From NCBI GenBank assembly GCA_043228905.1, contig JBHGNT010000015.1:17608001-17672000 (forward strand): 64,000 bases of DNA, written 5' to 3'. This DNA is from Azolla caroliniana. Taxonomy: Eukaryota; Plantae; Polypodiophyta. The position numbers and the translations under genes were made by a program. Below, piece by piece: positions 36,284 through 50,136 of the stretch. Positions within the stretch are counted from its first letter, which is position 1. Each line of letters starts with the position of its first letter. The notes beneath the pieces were generated by a model that saw nothing but the letters and a program-made list of their open reading frames with translations, was not told where the DNA came from and searched no databases.

Positions 36284-36573
36284 TGATAGGAATACGCTTC
36301 TCTAAGCTATGCTCGGCCACAATCAAGACGTCGGATCGATCACAGAAAACAGGGATGTGGAGAGATGTATCTACACACGAAACAATAGAGAAGAGAGTGC
36401 ACTGGATGTTAACGTGGAAAACCCAAATATGGGAAAAACCACGGCAACCCTCAGACTACAAAATATCACTATATCAAGATTACAACAATGGGGCACAGAG
36501 GCAACGACATCTTGCTCCCTCGCTTCGCCACCAAGTGGTTACAACAGAGGCAACAACCTCTTCCTCTCTTGTC

Positions 36574-36607
<34 letters not shown>

Positions 36608-37009
36608 ACAATTACGCTCAGAATTATCATAGCAACGATAATCACACAACCAACCATATATCATGTTTGCTCTAGGTCATATTTATACTAATATGACTTT
36701 CGGGCTATTTACAAATATAGCCCCAATGGGCTCTCTGGAACATATTTACATATATGTCCCTTCCATCCGATGAGAGGTTCTCACCGGGTCTTCCTTGCCG
36801 GGTACTCCACATCCGGTTCTCACCGGGTCTTCTGTTGCCGGGTACTCCACATCCGGTTCTCACCGGGTCTTCCGTTGCCGGGTACTCCACATCCGGTTCT
36901 CACTGGGTCTTCCGTTGCCGGGTATGCCACATCCGGATTCGGCCGAGGCCGAGTTGCTCATCAACACGGTTCTTCTCACTTCCCATCCGGAGGGACCTGT
37001 TTCCCAACA
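36284..37009. mobile_element. Solo LTR with an internal 40-bp tandem repeat (x4, 36775-36940)
   Basis: TG...CA ends with a perfect 5-bp TSD AGAAG (36279-36283, 37010-37014). Confidence 0.88.
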
Positions 37010-37574
37010 AGAAGAGGGTTTATTTTGCTTATTGGTCAATTTTGGGGTCATTTAGGTTTTCTTCTTCTGAATCAACTTCTTTCTTTTTTAGGGTTTCGAC
37101 ATTTGGTTTTGCGATTTTAGCAACTAGCAATTGATTCTTGCATGTATATTAATGTATTCCTCCCATCAACGAGGAAGAGATTAACATATGATTGATTCAA
37201 TATCTGAAGCTTATCCATCAATATATGTGCTACATATCAATCACACTAAACATTGGCAATACAACATTTCTTTCTAGTGCACCTTTTCCTTAGATTATAT
37301 ACTTTGCAACAAAAATGCAAAACCAACTTACTATAATAATGAAATATGTTTCAAATCAAACCACCACACCTAAGGTTCAAATGATGTTTCAAAAAAACAA
37401 TAATTCATTAAACTAAAGGAAAGTAATGGAAACAATTCTACACCCACATCGGGATGAAAGCATTCTACGTCGAGTGCACGGATATTGCCGTATGGGCACA
37501 CCGGCTCGGTGACTAGATTAATGCGACTTAAATTGTGATTAATTTATTTCTTAATATGACCGTTTTTTTTAAAC

Positions 37575-38020
37575 AGGTTGGACGACCATATTAATCAAGT
37601 TGGGTGACCACGTTAATAAGGTTGGGTGACCATATTAAAACAGGTTGGGCGACCTATTTATGAGGAGAGATCTTTTTTACGAGGGTTGGGAGACCTAACT
37701 CGTCCAATAGGGTGACTTGAGTAATAGGTTAGGTGGCCATATTAAAATAGGTTGGGCGACCTGTTTATGAGAATAGATGTTTTTTAAGAGGGTTGGGAGA
37801 CCTGAGTTATAAATAGAATGGGCGACTTGTTTAATAGGTTGGGTGACCATATTAAAACAGGTTGGGCAACCTGGTTTACGATAACGAGTTGCTTTTAAAG
37901 AGGTTGGGCGACTTGTTTATGAGAAGAGATGTTTTTTACGAGGGTTGGGCGAATGGTTTACGAGAAGATATATTTTTTAAACAGGTTGGGAGACCATATT
38001 TAAGAGGGTTGGGCGACCTG
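37575..38020. repeat. Degenerate minisatellite of the aggttgggcgacc motif (~22-bp spacing, with higher-order units)
   Basis: More than 12 motif copies seen. Confidence 0.8.
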
Positions 38021-38079
38021 AATAGTTATGAAATAACTATCGAGAATCGTGACTGGCCACAACCGGTTTCTCATTCGGA

Positions 38080-38604
38080 TGTTGGGGTGCAGGGAATGTA
38101 AAATAGAATGCACTCAGATAGAGTACAAAAAATAGAAATAACACAAGAGACTGAAACACACGATTTTACCGTGGAAAACCCGAAATGGGAAAAACCACGG
38201 GGGTCCACAAACCCCAACAAACAGAATCACTATGCTAAAAGGAGGAGTACAACTAGAAGCTCCGAGGCAATGACCTCGAGATTCTACTTCGTCAACAGAC
38301 GGCTACAGAGTTACACACTCTCTCACTCTCACTCACTTGTTGTTACACAGTTACAGAGGTAACGACCTTCTGAGTGACCTTTTAACAAAAATTCATAATC
38401 ATGATTACGTTACGATTGCCCTAAGTACTTATACTAGTACACCTTTTGGGTTATTTACAAGTGTAGCCCATAAGGGTATATTTAGACTATTTACAAGTAT
38501 AGTCTTCCGAGTTAGCTGTCTACACGATTTCGGTTTCGGCCTCAATCGAGTTTCTCATCAACTCGGCTCATCTCTTCCCATCCGGAGGCACTCGTTTCCT
38601 AACA
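38080..38604. mobile_element. LTR remnant related to the 36284 solo LTR
   Basis: Shares gtggaaaaccc..atgggaaaaaccacgg and cttcccatccggagg..aaCA; no TSD match. Confidence 0.6.
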
Positions 38605-38936
38605 ATAACATATGTACAAAAACAACATATCTTTGAAAAACAGCTGACACAAATCACACTATGAGTGAGAAATCAATATATATTTGGAAAACAAGTTTAG
38701 GGGCCAGAGACCAACACTTGAGATAAACAACTTTTCCATTAATAAAAAATTTCGATATACAATGAGTCACTACTCGCTATAAAAAAGTGGTAACCATATT
38801 ACAAAATCCGTCTATAACAAAATATAATACCACATTTACAACATCCACTCCGGTAGAAATAATATGACGATATTTACAATATTCCCCATATACATAATAT
38901 CCATTATATGACAACGAAAGAACCAACACATCCTCG

Positions 38937-39732
38937 AAGTAGCACATGCCATGATGAATGAAAATCACCTGCCAAAATCGTATTGGGCAGAAGCGGCTAA
39001 CACGGCTGTATACCTCATGCATCGGTGTACGACATCGGGTGTGCTCTGCACGAGAAGTTTTTCGGAAAGAAGTCGGACCTATCACATGTTAGGATATTCG
39101 GCTCCATTGCATACGTGCACATCCCCGATGAGAAGCGACAAAAGCTCGACCCGAAGTCAGAGAAATGTATTCTCGTAGGATACTCACTAGAGCAAAAGGG
39201 GTACAAGTGTTATAACCCCTCAACTCGAAAATCTCGAGTAAGTCAAGACGTCATTTTCGACGAGTTCGCATCTTGGTATGCACCAAAGACAACTTCGACC
39301 CCGATTCCGCTCGACTTGGAATCCGCCGAAATAGAGATAGAAGCCGAAGATTGGCTCACGCGCATGTTCGAAGAAAGCCCGACTACGACAAGGCTTCGTG
39401 GGCCACAAGAGCCTCCGAGCAATCAAAGCATATCTCGGCCGAGTCCGAAGCTAGACAAAGGGAAGACGAAAATGCCGGAGTATGAAGACGATCACTTCGA
39501 CGGCAACAAATTAACTCACTCCCTCAATAGTGAGTTCGAAGGCCTTGACATTCACACCAATAGAGCGAAGAAAGCCTTAGTATCTGCAAACGAGAAGCTC
39601 CGTCGATCCATCTGTGAAAAGAACCTTGTAAGCCGATTCGGCTACAACAATTATATGGCGTACCATTACACCTTTATGATGAAGATAGCAACAATGAACA
39701 GTAAGGGAGCCGGAAACCTTTTTCGAAGCCGT
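38937..39732 (+). mobile_element. Copia integrase-tail fragment, same family as 8863-13153
   Basis: [62 protein letters not shown]. Confidence 0.88.
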
Positions 39733-41805
39733 TGTCGTGAAGTACGAAAGCTTCACATTAAAAGTCTACAAAAAGATAAATACGTAAATAAAATATATCT
39801 TGATAATGTTTTATAAAGGTAATATTAACAACACACTGTGATAATATTATACATTATATGTAGAGGAAAATAAAAAATATATATATTATATTACATGGAC
39901 AAGGACTTGAGCTAATAACCCCCACCTTATGACACCCAAACCTTACCATTTAGCCTACACTGATCATTTACAAGAGGTTATATTTGTTGTTTATTTGAAG
40001 TAGAGTTTATAGTCTAAACCATGTAATATACTGCGTGCACAACATATAGCATATTACATGGGCAAAAGAGGACTTGACCCAACAACCCCAACCTTACGAC
40101 ATTCAAACCTTACCATTTAGCCTATACTTATGATACATATAAATATATGTCTTATACTATTGTATGGTTTAAACCATGAAATGTACTACATGTGCTCCAT
40201 ATAGCACACATGCAAGAGCCTCTCTGCATGTGCAACATATAACACACATGCAAGAGCTTCTCTGCATGTGCGACACATGGCCCACATGTAGAACCATCTC
40301 TTTCCTATAAAAGAAGAAGGGAGTATAGTCACAAGGAGATCAAGGAATCGATCAATATCAAAAGAACTATATTATATATATCAATAGAATCAAATAGAGT
40401 TATGTTGTAAGAGATATCACAATAGAGATAGAAGAAAAGACGATCAATATACAAGAGAAGCTCTAAGTTAGTGGTTGTGGTGCTCAACTCTCAACAAAAA
40501 GGGTGGAGGTTCGAGTCTTATCTCATTGAACGATAGAAGATAAGATGGTGGTCTACTATCAAGAAAGAGAAGAGTGATAGAAGCGAAGATTGTGGTCTCC
40601 TTGTGAGACAAAGTTCGAATTCAACAACGCTTGCAACTATTTTGTCCTCTTTCATCAAATAATTGTAAATCTCTTTTATTGCTTCAATTATCGTTCTATA
40701 TCCTACCTTGTCATATCTTGTTGATCACTATTTATCTATTTCTACTCTTTCCTCTCTTCCGTCCAAAATCCCAGTGATTCCTTCCTCACTTTCATGTTAT
40801 TTTCTGTCTACGCTACGCCACGCTTCTAAGCGAGCCCCACATCCTCTACGCATCAGTCTTCACATTCCCCAAGAGAGAGTGGTTGTTGTAGTTAGTTAAT
40901 GAAGAGAGAGGGTGACTATATATAAAGCACCCTCCTCATACTTCATATTAAGTCGGTTGTGACCCCTTGTAATGCTACATTTAGTATTTGTTATTCTACT
41001 TGTGAATATACACCTTCTTCTTGAGTATTCCTTTTTCTATCTATCTTGTGTTCTCGCTTCTCTCCTCTAATTCCTCTCACGCATACACATAAAACACATC
41101 TAATCTACTACACAAGAATCATACCCGATTCTTTACATGGCAAAACATTTTAGGAAACATGGGACAATACATCTAGTGACAAGATTGCTTGAGGGCATGG
41201 ATAAACAAACCGGCTCAAGATCATAAGTGAAATTTAAAATTATTATGTCAAGTTTTATTGGCCTTTTTGCTTTACAATGAAAATGATCCCCTGTGTTGCC
41301 CATGATTAGTGTTGCAATCTCTTATATATTGTTTTGGTTGATAAAGTCCAAAGTGACAAATGAGAACAAATGTGAATCCTTAGATGATCATTGTTACTAG
41401 TTTGTACCATAGTATTCTACACATGAGAATAAATGTGTGAGGGTTAATCGAGAGTGTAAAGAAGGGAGGATTACTTTTAATCCTAGGGATTGAGACAACC
41501 CATAAGGGGCAAGTATGAACTTGCATGGGGGGCTTAAGTCTAGCTATAAATATGAGGCTTAGCTATCCTCATTAATGATTAGACACATGATTCGACTACG
41601 TCGAGATTGTGATCTTGTGGTGAACAAACTCTTGTCGCGAGCGAGCACCAGTACCATGTACGACTCAATGCCATGACGATGGTATGGGACACTGTTCAAG
41701 GCTGATGTCTGTCTCGATCCCTTTGCTCGGGGTGGATCGACACCCTTCTTTCTCTCTCTTTATCTTTACTTATCTATCATCGATTTCCTTGTTTTATGCT
41801 TACAT
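39733..41805. mobile_element. Cluster of LTR remnants (39733-40626; copia LTR ending gattctttaCA-TGG at ~41137; ~41340-41804)
   Basis: TG/CA termini, TATA motifs at 40304 and 41545, and similarity to the LTR ends at 13153 and 62968; boundaries approximate. Confidence 0.45.
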
Positions 41806-42330
41806 TAGAAAATAATCTCTTAATAATCATGTTTCATCCAAAGGATGGAGAAATATACTAGTAACGTCAATAGGAGATTGACTATGATCTATGGAACAAG
41901 GTCGAGCTTATGGCGAGGATCAAACTTAGGGTTCTCTCAAATTTATGACTTGGTGTCTCAACAATATAATCAAGAAGAGGTATCTCATGGGGCATTGGGG
42001 TGGGTAGGGCGACAACATGACTAGGACCAGCCACCTAGGAGAAGAGTGAGATTCCTAGTCCATAAACAAATAAGAGCCACAGTGGGGAAGCAGTTCGGAG
42101 GCTAGACCGATAATAATACCGTTGAGATGAGGGACTCTCATGGGGCTTCTTAGTGCATGTGGTTGGGGGGGGGGTCAACACGACCAAACCTTGGATCCAT
42201 CTTAGTTCAGGCCCTAGCGATCATTCAAGTTTATTCTCGTAAAAGCTGTAAGACACAAGGTGTGTGTGTCTATAGAGATGATAACACACTTCTTCTTCTT
42301 CTTCTTCTTCGTCTGTAGAGATGATAACAC

Positions 42331-42361
<31 letters not shown>

Positions 42362-42547
42362 CTTCTCTTGTACAAAGTATATGTGGGGGCGATAGGGGCA
42401 TCTTTGTGAATAATTAGAAAGTTGAGGGGATAAATATTGGAAATTTGGAATTATGTCTTCTTGTCTATCTCTCTATCAGCAGACTCCAGTCTCTCTCTGT
42501 CTCTCTGTCTCTCTCTCTCCTCATGGGATGTGTCGCCATAGCCACTC

Positions 42548-45055
42548 ATGGACATCTGCAGCAGTGTTGCCCTCAACCCTCTTTTCCAACGAGTGCAGCT
42601 ACCTTCTCCTGCCCACAATTCCCAATGTAACGATCGACATTCCCTTCGTCTTCATCCATGCAAATCTTCACCTCCATTAACCCGAGCTTCGTTGGCTCCC
42701 CTTCTTTCCTATGACCATACCTCCTTGGAACCTTCAAGAACATTAAGTTTCTCCCATGTATGGAACCTTCACTTCCACATGATCTTGTATGGTGTAGAAA
42801 CCATTCCTTCATGTGTTAACCCTCTTATGAGCAAATATGGGGAACTTCGATCATTACAAGAGGCATATTGTGCTTTCTCTATGATGAGAAGCAGGGATAT
42901 CATATCATGGAACATCATGATGACCTTATATGTGAAGAATGGGCAGGACATCGATGCTCTAAATCTCTTTCTTCAGATGCAAGAGGTGAGAATTGAATCC
43001 GATCGTGTCACTTTTCTTTGTGTGTTGCAGGCATGTGGAAATTTGGGATGTCTAGAATGTGGTTATGTTGTTCATTTCTTGATTCTTGATGTTGGAATGG
43101 CCTCCCATGTGGCTTTGGCCACCGCCCTCATTGATATGTATGCAAAATGTGGTGCTTTGGATGATGCTAACCATGTCTTTGATAACATGCCAGAAAGGAA
43201 TGTGGTATCTTGGACAGCTATTATTGCCGCAAATGTAAGTTATGGACACTATGATGTGGCACTAAGTCTTTTTTATGGACAAATGTCAGAAGAAGGAATC
43301 AAGCCAAACCAGGTCACTTTCACTAAGGTCTTGCACGCGTGTTTTCGCCTGTCTGATGGCGAGGCTGTTCATGCCAGCATGGTTTCTTATGGTTTTGGAT
43401 ATGATGAAGCATCAGGAACCGCACTGGTCGACATGTATGGGAAATGCAAGGCACTGGAAAGTGCTTGTGTCGTTTTTGACAAAATGCAGACACTGTCGAA
43501 GAATGTGGTCACGTGGACGACAATGATGAATATATATTTGCAACATGGTGAAATCAAGAAAGCTTTGTATTTGTACAACATGTTGTTACAAGGAGGTATA
43601 GTAATCCCGAACGAGTTTACTTTTAGCACTGCACTGACTGCTTGTGCTGAAATGGCCGCCTTAGCAGAGGGTGAAATGTCCCCCTTAGTTGAAGGAGAAA
43701 CAATCCATCGGTGTATCATTTGCAAAGGTCTCAATTCTGAGGTTGTCGAAACCGCCCTCATTGCTATGTATGCAAAATGTGGCCGTCTGGAGAGTGCACG
43801 GTTCATTTTTGATGGCATGAATAATCGTTGTGTGGTGTCATGGACAGCTATGATCAGTTCCTATGCTCAACAAGGTCAGCCAAGAGAAGCATTGAAGCTA
43901 TTCAAACAAATGCAAAACCGAGGTTTGAAACCCAATGAGATCACTTGTGTTAGCATTTTAAGTGCTTGTGCTGTCTCAGCTGCGTATGCTGAGGGTATGT
44001 CTATTCATTCATGTGTTCTGGAATGTGGGTTTGAGCTAGATGCTGTTATGGGGACAGCTCTCATTAGTTTCTATGGGAAATGTGCAGCTCTTGAAGATGC
44101 TGAGATCGTCTTCTTAAAACTCGAAAGGCCCTCAGTTGTTCCATGGAATGCTATTATAGCCGCAAATGGTGAACATGGGCATGGTAAAGAATCCTTGAAT
44201 TTGCTACTTGAAATGCTTCATGATGGGGTAAAACCTGATGATGTCACCTTTATCAACATGATTTCGGCATGTAGCCATGCGGGCTTGGTTGACGTCGGTC
44301 GAGATTGTTATGATGCGATTTCAGATTATGGACTAACACCCACGATAGAGCATTTTGGGTGCATGATTGACCTTTTTGGTAGATCAGGTCAGTTAGTCGT
44401 GGCAGAGGCTCTTATAACTAGAATGCCATTTGAACCGAATGCTCTTATATGGAGAACTTTCCTTAGTGCTTGTAGAATGCATGGGGATACCCGACGAGGT
44501 GTACATGCGGCTAAAAAGGTTGTTGATCTCGACCCTCTAAATTCAGCTCCTTATGTGCTGCTTTCGAACATCTATGCCGCTGAGGGCAAATGGAAAGATG
44601 TGGAGATGATAAGAAGGACTATGGTGAAGAGGGGTGTTAAAAAGGAACCAGGATGTAGCTCAATTGAGGTTAACAATAAGGTGTACGAGTTCTTTGCAGC
44701 TGTCACCCCAAGGTCGAAACGTGATGTGACTTATTCAAAGTTGGAGAGCTTGATGGTGCAATTGAAGGAAATGGGTTACGTGCCAGACACAAAGCTGGTA
44801 TTGCATGATGTAGAAGAGGAGCAAAAGGAGCATATGCTGGCTCATCATAGTGAAAAACTAGCCATAGCGTTCGGTCTTGTAAGCACACCGAAGGGGGCAA
44901 CACTTCGCATTACAAAGAATCTTCGTGTATGTATGGATTGTCACAATGCTGCAAAGTTCATCTCGAAGCTTGAAGAGCGAGAGATATTATTGAGAGACGT
45001 GACAAGATATCATCGATTCAAGAATGGGGTTTGTTCATGCGGCGATTATTGGTGA
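42548..45055 (+). CDS. PLS-class pentatricopeptide repeat protein with E/E+ and DYW deaminase domains (organellar C-to-U RNA-editing factor), intronless, 835 aa
   Basis: Repeated TALIDMYAKCG / NVVSWTAII / P-N-x-xTF motifs; PG box KKEPGCSSIE; HSEKLAIAFGL; KNLRVCMDCH; C-terminal CSCGDYW; Ser/Pro-rich N-terminus resembling a transit peptide. Confidence 0.96.
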   Translation: MDICSSVALNPLFQRVQLPSPAHNSQCNDRHSLRLHPCKSSPPLTRASLAPLLSYDHTSLEPSRTLSFSHVWNLHFHMILYGVETIPSCVNPLMSKYGELRSLQEAYCAFSMMRSRDIISWNIMMTLYVKNGQDIDALNLFLQMQEVRIESDRVTFLCVLQACGNLGCLECGYVVHFLILDVGMASHVALATALIDMYAKCGALDDANHVFDNMPERNVVSWTAIIAANVSYGHYDVALSLFYGQMSEEGIKPNQVTFTKVLHACFRLSDGEAVHASMVSYGFGYDEASGTALVDMYGKCKALESACVVFDKMQTLSKNVVTWTTMMNIYLQHGEIKKALYLYNMLLQGGIVIPNEFTFSTALTACAEMAALAEGEMSPLVEGETIHRCIICKGLNSEVVETALIAMYAKCGRLESARFIFDGMNNRCVVSWTAMISSYAQQGQPREALKLFKQMQNRGLKPNEITCVSILSACAVSAAYAEGMSIHSCVLECGFELDAVMGTALISFYGKCAALEDAEIVFLKLERPSVVPWNAIIAANGEHGHGKESLNLLLEMLHDGVKPDDVTFINMISACSHAGLVDVGRDCYDAISDYGLTPTIEHFGCMIDLFGRSGQLVVAEALITRMPFEPNALIWRTFLSACRMHGDTRRGVHAAKKVVDLDPLNSAPYVLLSNIYAAEGKWKDVEMIRRTMVKRGVKKEPGCSSIEVNNKVYEFFAAVTPRSKRDVTYSKLESLMVQLKEMGYVPDTKLVLHDVEEEQKEHMLAHHSEKLAIAFGLVSTPKGATLRITKNLRVCMDCHNAAKFISKLEEREILLRDVTRYHRFKNGVCSCGDYW

Positions 45056-46197
45056 CATTGTATGGTTGAAGTGGATTGCATGTTTGTTCATGCGGGGATG
45101 GATGCTGTACTTCTTTGTTATATATTCATAACCCACATATATGAATGGAGGTACATTCCCCCTCTATGTTAGAGAGTTTGGCGGACATTTTCTGTTATAG
45201 ATATCCAGCTGATTTTCCGCTATTTTTAACAACCCATGAAGAATCAATAAAACAATGATGTGCCCATATGGAAGGAGGCGCATCATGCTCCATGTAAGAG
45301 GGATTAGAGAACATTCTCTCTCGTCATGTAAGCCTTGCCTGAAAACATAAAGGATGTTTGAAATTGATTGGTGATGTATTTATGTAAAAACGTACATACA
45401 ATTCATGGATGCCTCGTTTATCCTACTTTTGGCAACCTGTGAAGAATCAATAAAGGACAATGTCTCATTAAGCACATTCTTGAGAACAATGCATCTGGTA
45501 AAGTCTGAACATCACCATTTGGGGTTTCTCCAAATTGATAGGCCACCAATGGTTCGGATCTGTATAAGTTGGTTGTATCTAATCTGTCAGTTGCTGCAAG
45601 TACTCCTCTTAAGAGAAAGTATTAAGCATTATACAAATTGAGCAATCAATAAATGTACCAACAATATATAAAGAAATGCACAAACAGATAATGCAATGAA
45701 AGAATTACTGCACCTCTTAAACATTATTATGAAATACATTAAATACCTGGAGAACTACAAATATTCTTTTAACTATCAATCTCGTTACTGTACCAAAACT
45801 ACTTGCAAAATAGTCGATACCAATTGAATAAAGGTTGTATGAGTAGTGACGGTAAGGTATCATGTTGATTGTGTTTGGAAAGCTAGTAAGCACATTCAAT
45901 TCTAAACAAAAAGTTATGAAGAAATATTACCTATATTTACATGGGTATAGCATATGTGGTATCCGCCACATGGCTCATTTGTACAACCAACTCCAGGAAG
46001 ATAAATATAGTAATGCATCCAAAACCATTTGCTGACTTTGATGGTTACATGAAGCTTCAACATCAATGGACCAACAATGATGAGCATAATCTAAACGGAC
46101 AATGCAGCCAAACCACATGGTTGCGTTCTGCCTTTCTGGTCTATCAAACATTGTACCAAATCTGGATGTACTTTCTTATCTCATTCTTATTTTGAAC

Positions 46198-47160
46198 TTT
46201 CAAAGATGTTAATATATGTATACTAGCATTAAATGCCCCCATTGCCGTTAACCTTCCACATCAAAACGTTGTCTGAAATAATGAATCTTACACAAAGGGC
46301 AGCAATTTTTATTTCAGATGTTGCTATTATAGATGCATACGCCCAATACTCAACTCTTGTAATATGAACATCATGGCTACTAATACTTGTTTCAAAGATG
46401 TTAATATATGTATACTAGCATTAAATGCCCCCATTGCCGTTAACCTTCCACATCAAAACGTTGTCTGAAATAATGAATCTTACACAAAGGGCAGCAATTT
46501 TTATTTCAGATGTTGCTATTATAGATGCATACGCCCAATACTCAACTCTTGTAAAATGAACATCATGGCTACTAATACTTGTTTCAAAGATGTTAATATA
46601 TGTATACTAGCATTAAATGCCCCCATTGCCGTTAACCTTCCACATCAAAACGTTGTCTGAAATAATGAATCTTACACAAAGGGCAGCAATTTTTATTTCA
46701 GATGTTGCTATTATAGATGCATACGCCCAATACTCAACTCTTGTAAAATGAACATCATGGCTACTAATACTTGTTTCAAAGATGTTAATATATGTATACT
46801 AGCATTAAATGCCCCCATTGCCGTTAACCTTCCACATCAAAACGTTGTCTGAAATAATGAATCTTACACAAAGGGCAGCAATTTTTATTTCAGATGTTGC
46901 TATTATAGATGCATACGCCCAATACTCAACTCTTGTAAAATGAACATCATGGCTACTAATACTTGTTTCAAAGATGTTAATATATGTATACTAGCATTAA
47001 ATGCCCCCATTGCCGTTAACCTTCCACATCAAAACGTTGTCTGAAATAATGAATCTTACACAAAGGGCAGCAATTTTTATTTCAGATGTTGCTATTATAG
47101 ATGCATACGCCCAATACTCAACTCTTGTAATATGAACATCATGGCTACTAATACTTGTTT
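46198..47160. repeat. Tandem array, 192-bp unit x5, near-identical
   Basis: Units start at 46198, 46390, 46582, 46774 and 46966; the only variant seen is aatatg vs aaaatg. Confidence 0.97.
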
Positions 47161-48870
47161 AGCTATTTACCAACTGCACATAACTCTTTTCCCTCCCCAT
47201 AATAAAACGTTAACATGATCTATTGTTTATGAAAATAGTTGTGCCTTATTAACCAACTAAAACTAGCAAATTCATGATAATCATGATGCACTCTGAATTG
47301 TTGGTGCTTCTCTCTTTAGAAATTACAGACAATCATTCATTTAATCTTACAAATACAACTTAATTTAATATTTTGCGACAAATAAATGCTTTGCTATATA
47401 GCATAACACAGAAGAAAACATGTTTGCCAGTGAAGTGCAACAATATTGTATGACGCTGGGAGAAGCTGTCATTGGGCCTTACCTAAGAAAGTAAATAAAT
47501 GTTTTTCATATTTTCACTAATACTGCAATCTCCTGATGTGGGACTACACGAGGGAAGTTAACTGAATGAAAGAATATAGTCCTTTATAACACGAGTTACC
47601 TTTACATAAGTAAAACAATGAATTGTGTGCTTTACATACGGTCACACATATTTACAAAATCAATCATGATACCATGCTATGAAAGTGGCCCACTTGGTCT
47701 CTTCTTGATAATGAGGATTACAATGATGGCAACTAATAAAATACAGGATTTTATTGTTTGATCATGCTCATCATTATCAGTTCGTAAGAAACAATATCTC
47801 TCCAGAAAAGAAAGCAAAGAATGCAGATTGTTTGGAAGTTTCTCATTCATGACCTTGTAGATCCATGTTCTGCTATCGTAAGGTGACAAAGTAGAATTGA
47901 CAATATTTGCATCTAAATTCTCTCCTTCACCATTGCACCGATCTAGACGCACATGAACCACATGTTAACAAATTACCAACTGATTCACATGAATCCAAGG
48001 GAAAATAATTGGGCTAGCATTTGCCATATAGTTATTTCTTGATGTTTGTGAACACTTTTGCTATTGTTTAGTAAACATTTATAGAAAAGACTATGTACTA
48101 GTTATGTTAACCAAAAATAAACTAAATGGGGTAAGGAAATTTGAAGATCGGTCCAGTACTTCCATAATTTTAGCCTTTTATAAGCGAGAAATTCACTAAA
48201 AGGCAGTACTTTGTGTTCCTTTTTGCTTTTTCCGTGATGATAAGTCACAAAGAAAACAAATTAAAATGAACACTAAACCACTGAAATGCAAGTTCATGCA
48301 TGCTTATGTTATTCCTATATTTTCATCAGGGTTTCATACGATGTAATATTTGATGAACCAATAAATACTTAGCAAGTTCTTGAATTTCCTATTTCTTACA
48401 CAACCAATGATGACGAATCACGAAATGAAGATAAAAAGTAGAAAGATGACACATACAGGGGGAATGTGCAAGTTCTTGCATGCTCTTGTTATTCATTACA
48501 GCATTCCAAATGGCTGGGTCCAAGATCAGGGCATCCTGTCAATCAGTAAAAATCACCTGAACACATACATATATATTGCACTTGCAAACATACGATACAT
48601 AAGATATACATGTGCAACAACCTTATATGCTTACATGTAAAACAATAACCTAAATATGCTTACATGTATGCAAAATTCACAAAGTATGATTGCTTATTCC
48701 GCTTTGAACTATACATGCTAGATCAACGATAATGCTCCTAATGTGTTTCATCCTTAATTGTTCGTGAGATTAGGGCCCTCAACTCTGACAAAGCATACAT
48801 GTAGGCAATTTTTGCAAATAAACAAGCATATTTCTCATACACTAAGCCATATTCTAGCTAACTCATATAA

Positions 48871-50136
48871 CTATATTATCAAAAGTGATGAGAACAAGAC
48901 CGTGGTCTTTGATGAAGTCGCAAACAATCTGATAGCATTGTGCACGTCATCAAAGTCCTGAACTTTGGCCATGGTTCGTTCGAGAAAGAGGATTTGCGGT
49001 TCAATCCACTCCATGGCCGAGTGATGCTCGAATGCTAAACCTTGCTTTTCAGCCATCACTGTTGCAAAGCATTTCCTTATTTTGCCATGAACCGGAGAAG
49101 ATGAAGTAGAAGAACATGAGCTATCCATATGGGTTGTGGTGTCCAATCCAACCTTGACTCCTCTATATGTAGAAAAAATGAACATATCTATTGTTTCTCC
49201 AGAAACTCATGTTTAAACAAAAAACTCAAGATAAAAGAAGGCAAAATTAAACATAAAAAGTAAAAGAAGGGAACTTTTAAAGCACACGTATGCCCTAAAA
49301 TCACTGTGCACACATTGATGGCTTGATTGTTTTTGAAACCCTAGAATCATACTTTGCCATGTCCTCACAACATGTTTTTCAAGCTTTAAAAATAATAATA
49401 CAACCATGTGCTAATGACCTGGGTTTAGAAACATTAAAACCATATTCCATCATGTCCCGATGACCTGTCTATTGAAAACCTAAAAGCAAAGATCAACATG
49501 CTTCTTCAAACCCACTTTCTGAAACCCTAAAAGCATATGTTCCCATTCTTGGATGGCCCTCTTTTTGATACTCTACAGGACCACAAAACGTAAATCCCCA
49601 TATCCTGTTGACCTGCTTCTTGAATGCTAAAAGCGCACAACATTATATAAAACCTACTATTGAAACCTTAAAAGTATACATATTCGTCATGAATTGATGA
49701 CTTGCCTTTAAAACCATAAAAACATAGTTCGTCCTTATGACCTAGTTTTTGAAGCCCTAAAAGCAGGTGGTCCTCATGGCATGCTTTTCAATAGAGGAAT
49801 AAAATAACCTTAAAACCATGTAACATTAACGATCTGCTGTTTTTGGGAGAAATCAAGAAGCACGTGATCTCGATGACCTGATTTTGGAAAGCACGTGACC
49901 TAGTTCATGTTGAGTGAAGAGAACAAACCCGAGAAGCATGTGACCTTTGCTGAAAACCTAATAAAACAAAGCATGACCTTTGAAATAAGGAATCTAATCT
50001 AAGATGAATAACACTCATACCTTGGTGGAGAAGATGATGGGTGATCGCCATAGCCTGCAAGGGAGCTCATCCTCTCTTGGTGATGAAGATGATGCAACCA
50101 TACCCACTCTTCTTCATCACCATTATCATCATCCAT
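48871..50136 (-). CDS. Possible orphan spliced gene (~135 aa; exons 50136-50021 and 49162-48871; an upstream exon is possible via the acceptor at 50165)
   Basis: AG|gtatgag donor and tatag| acceptor join in phase (MDDDNGDEEEWVWL...PPR|GVKVG...ERTMAKVQDFDDVHNAIRLF); no recognisable domain. Confidence 0.4.

Noticed and set aside
37460-37520. Helitron terminus next to the minisatellite
   Set aside because: Hairpin and CTAG spacing too degenerate to support.
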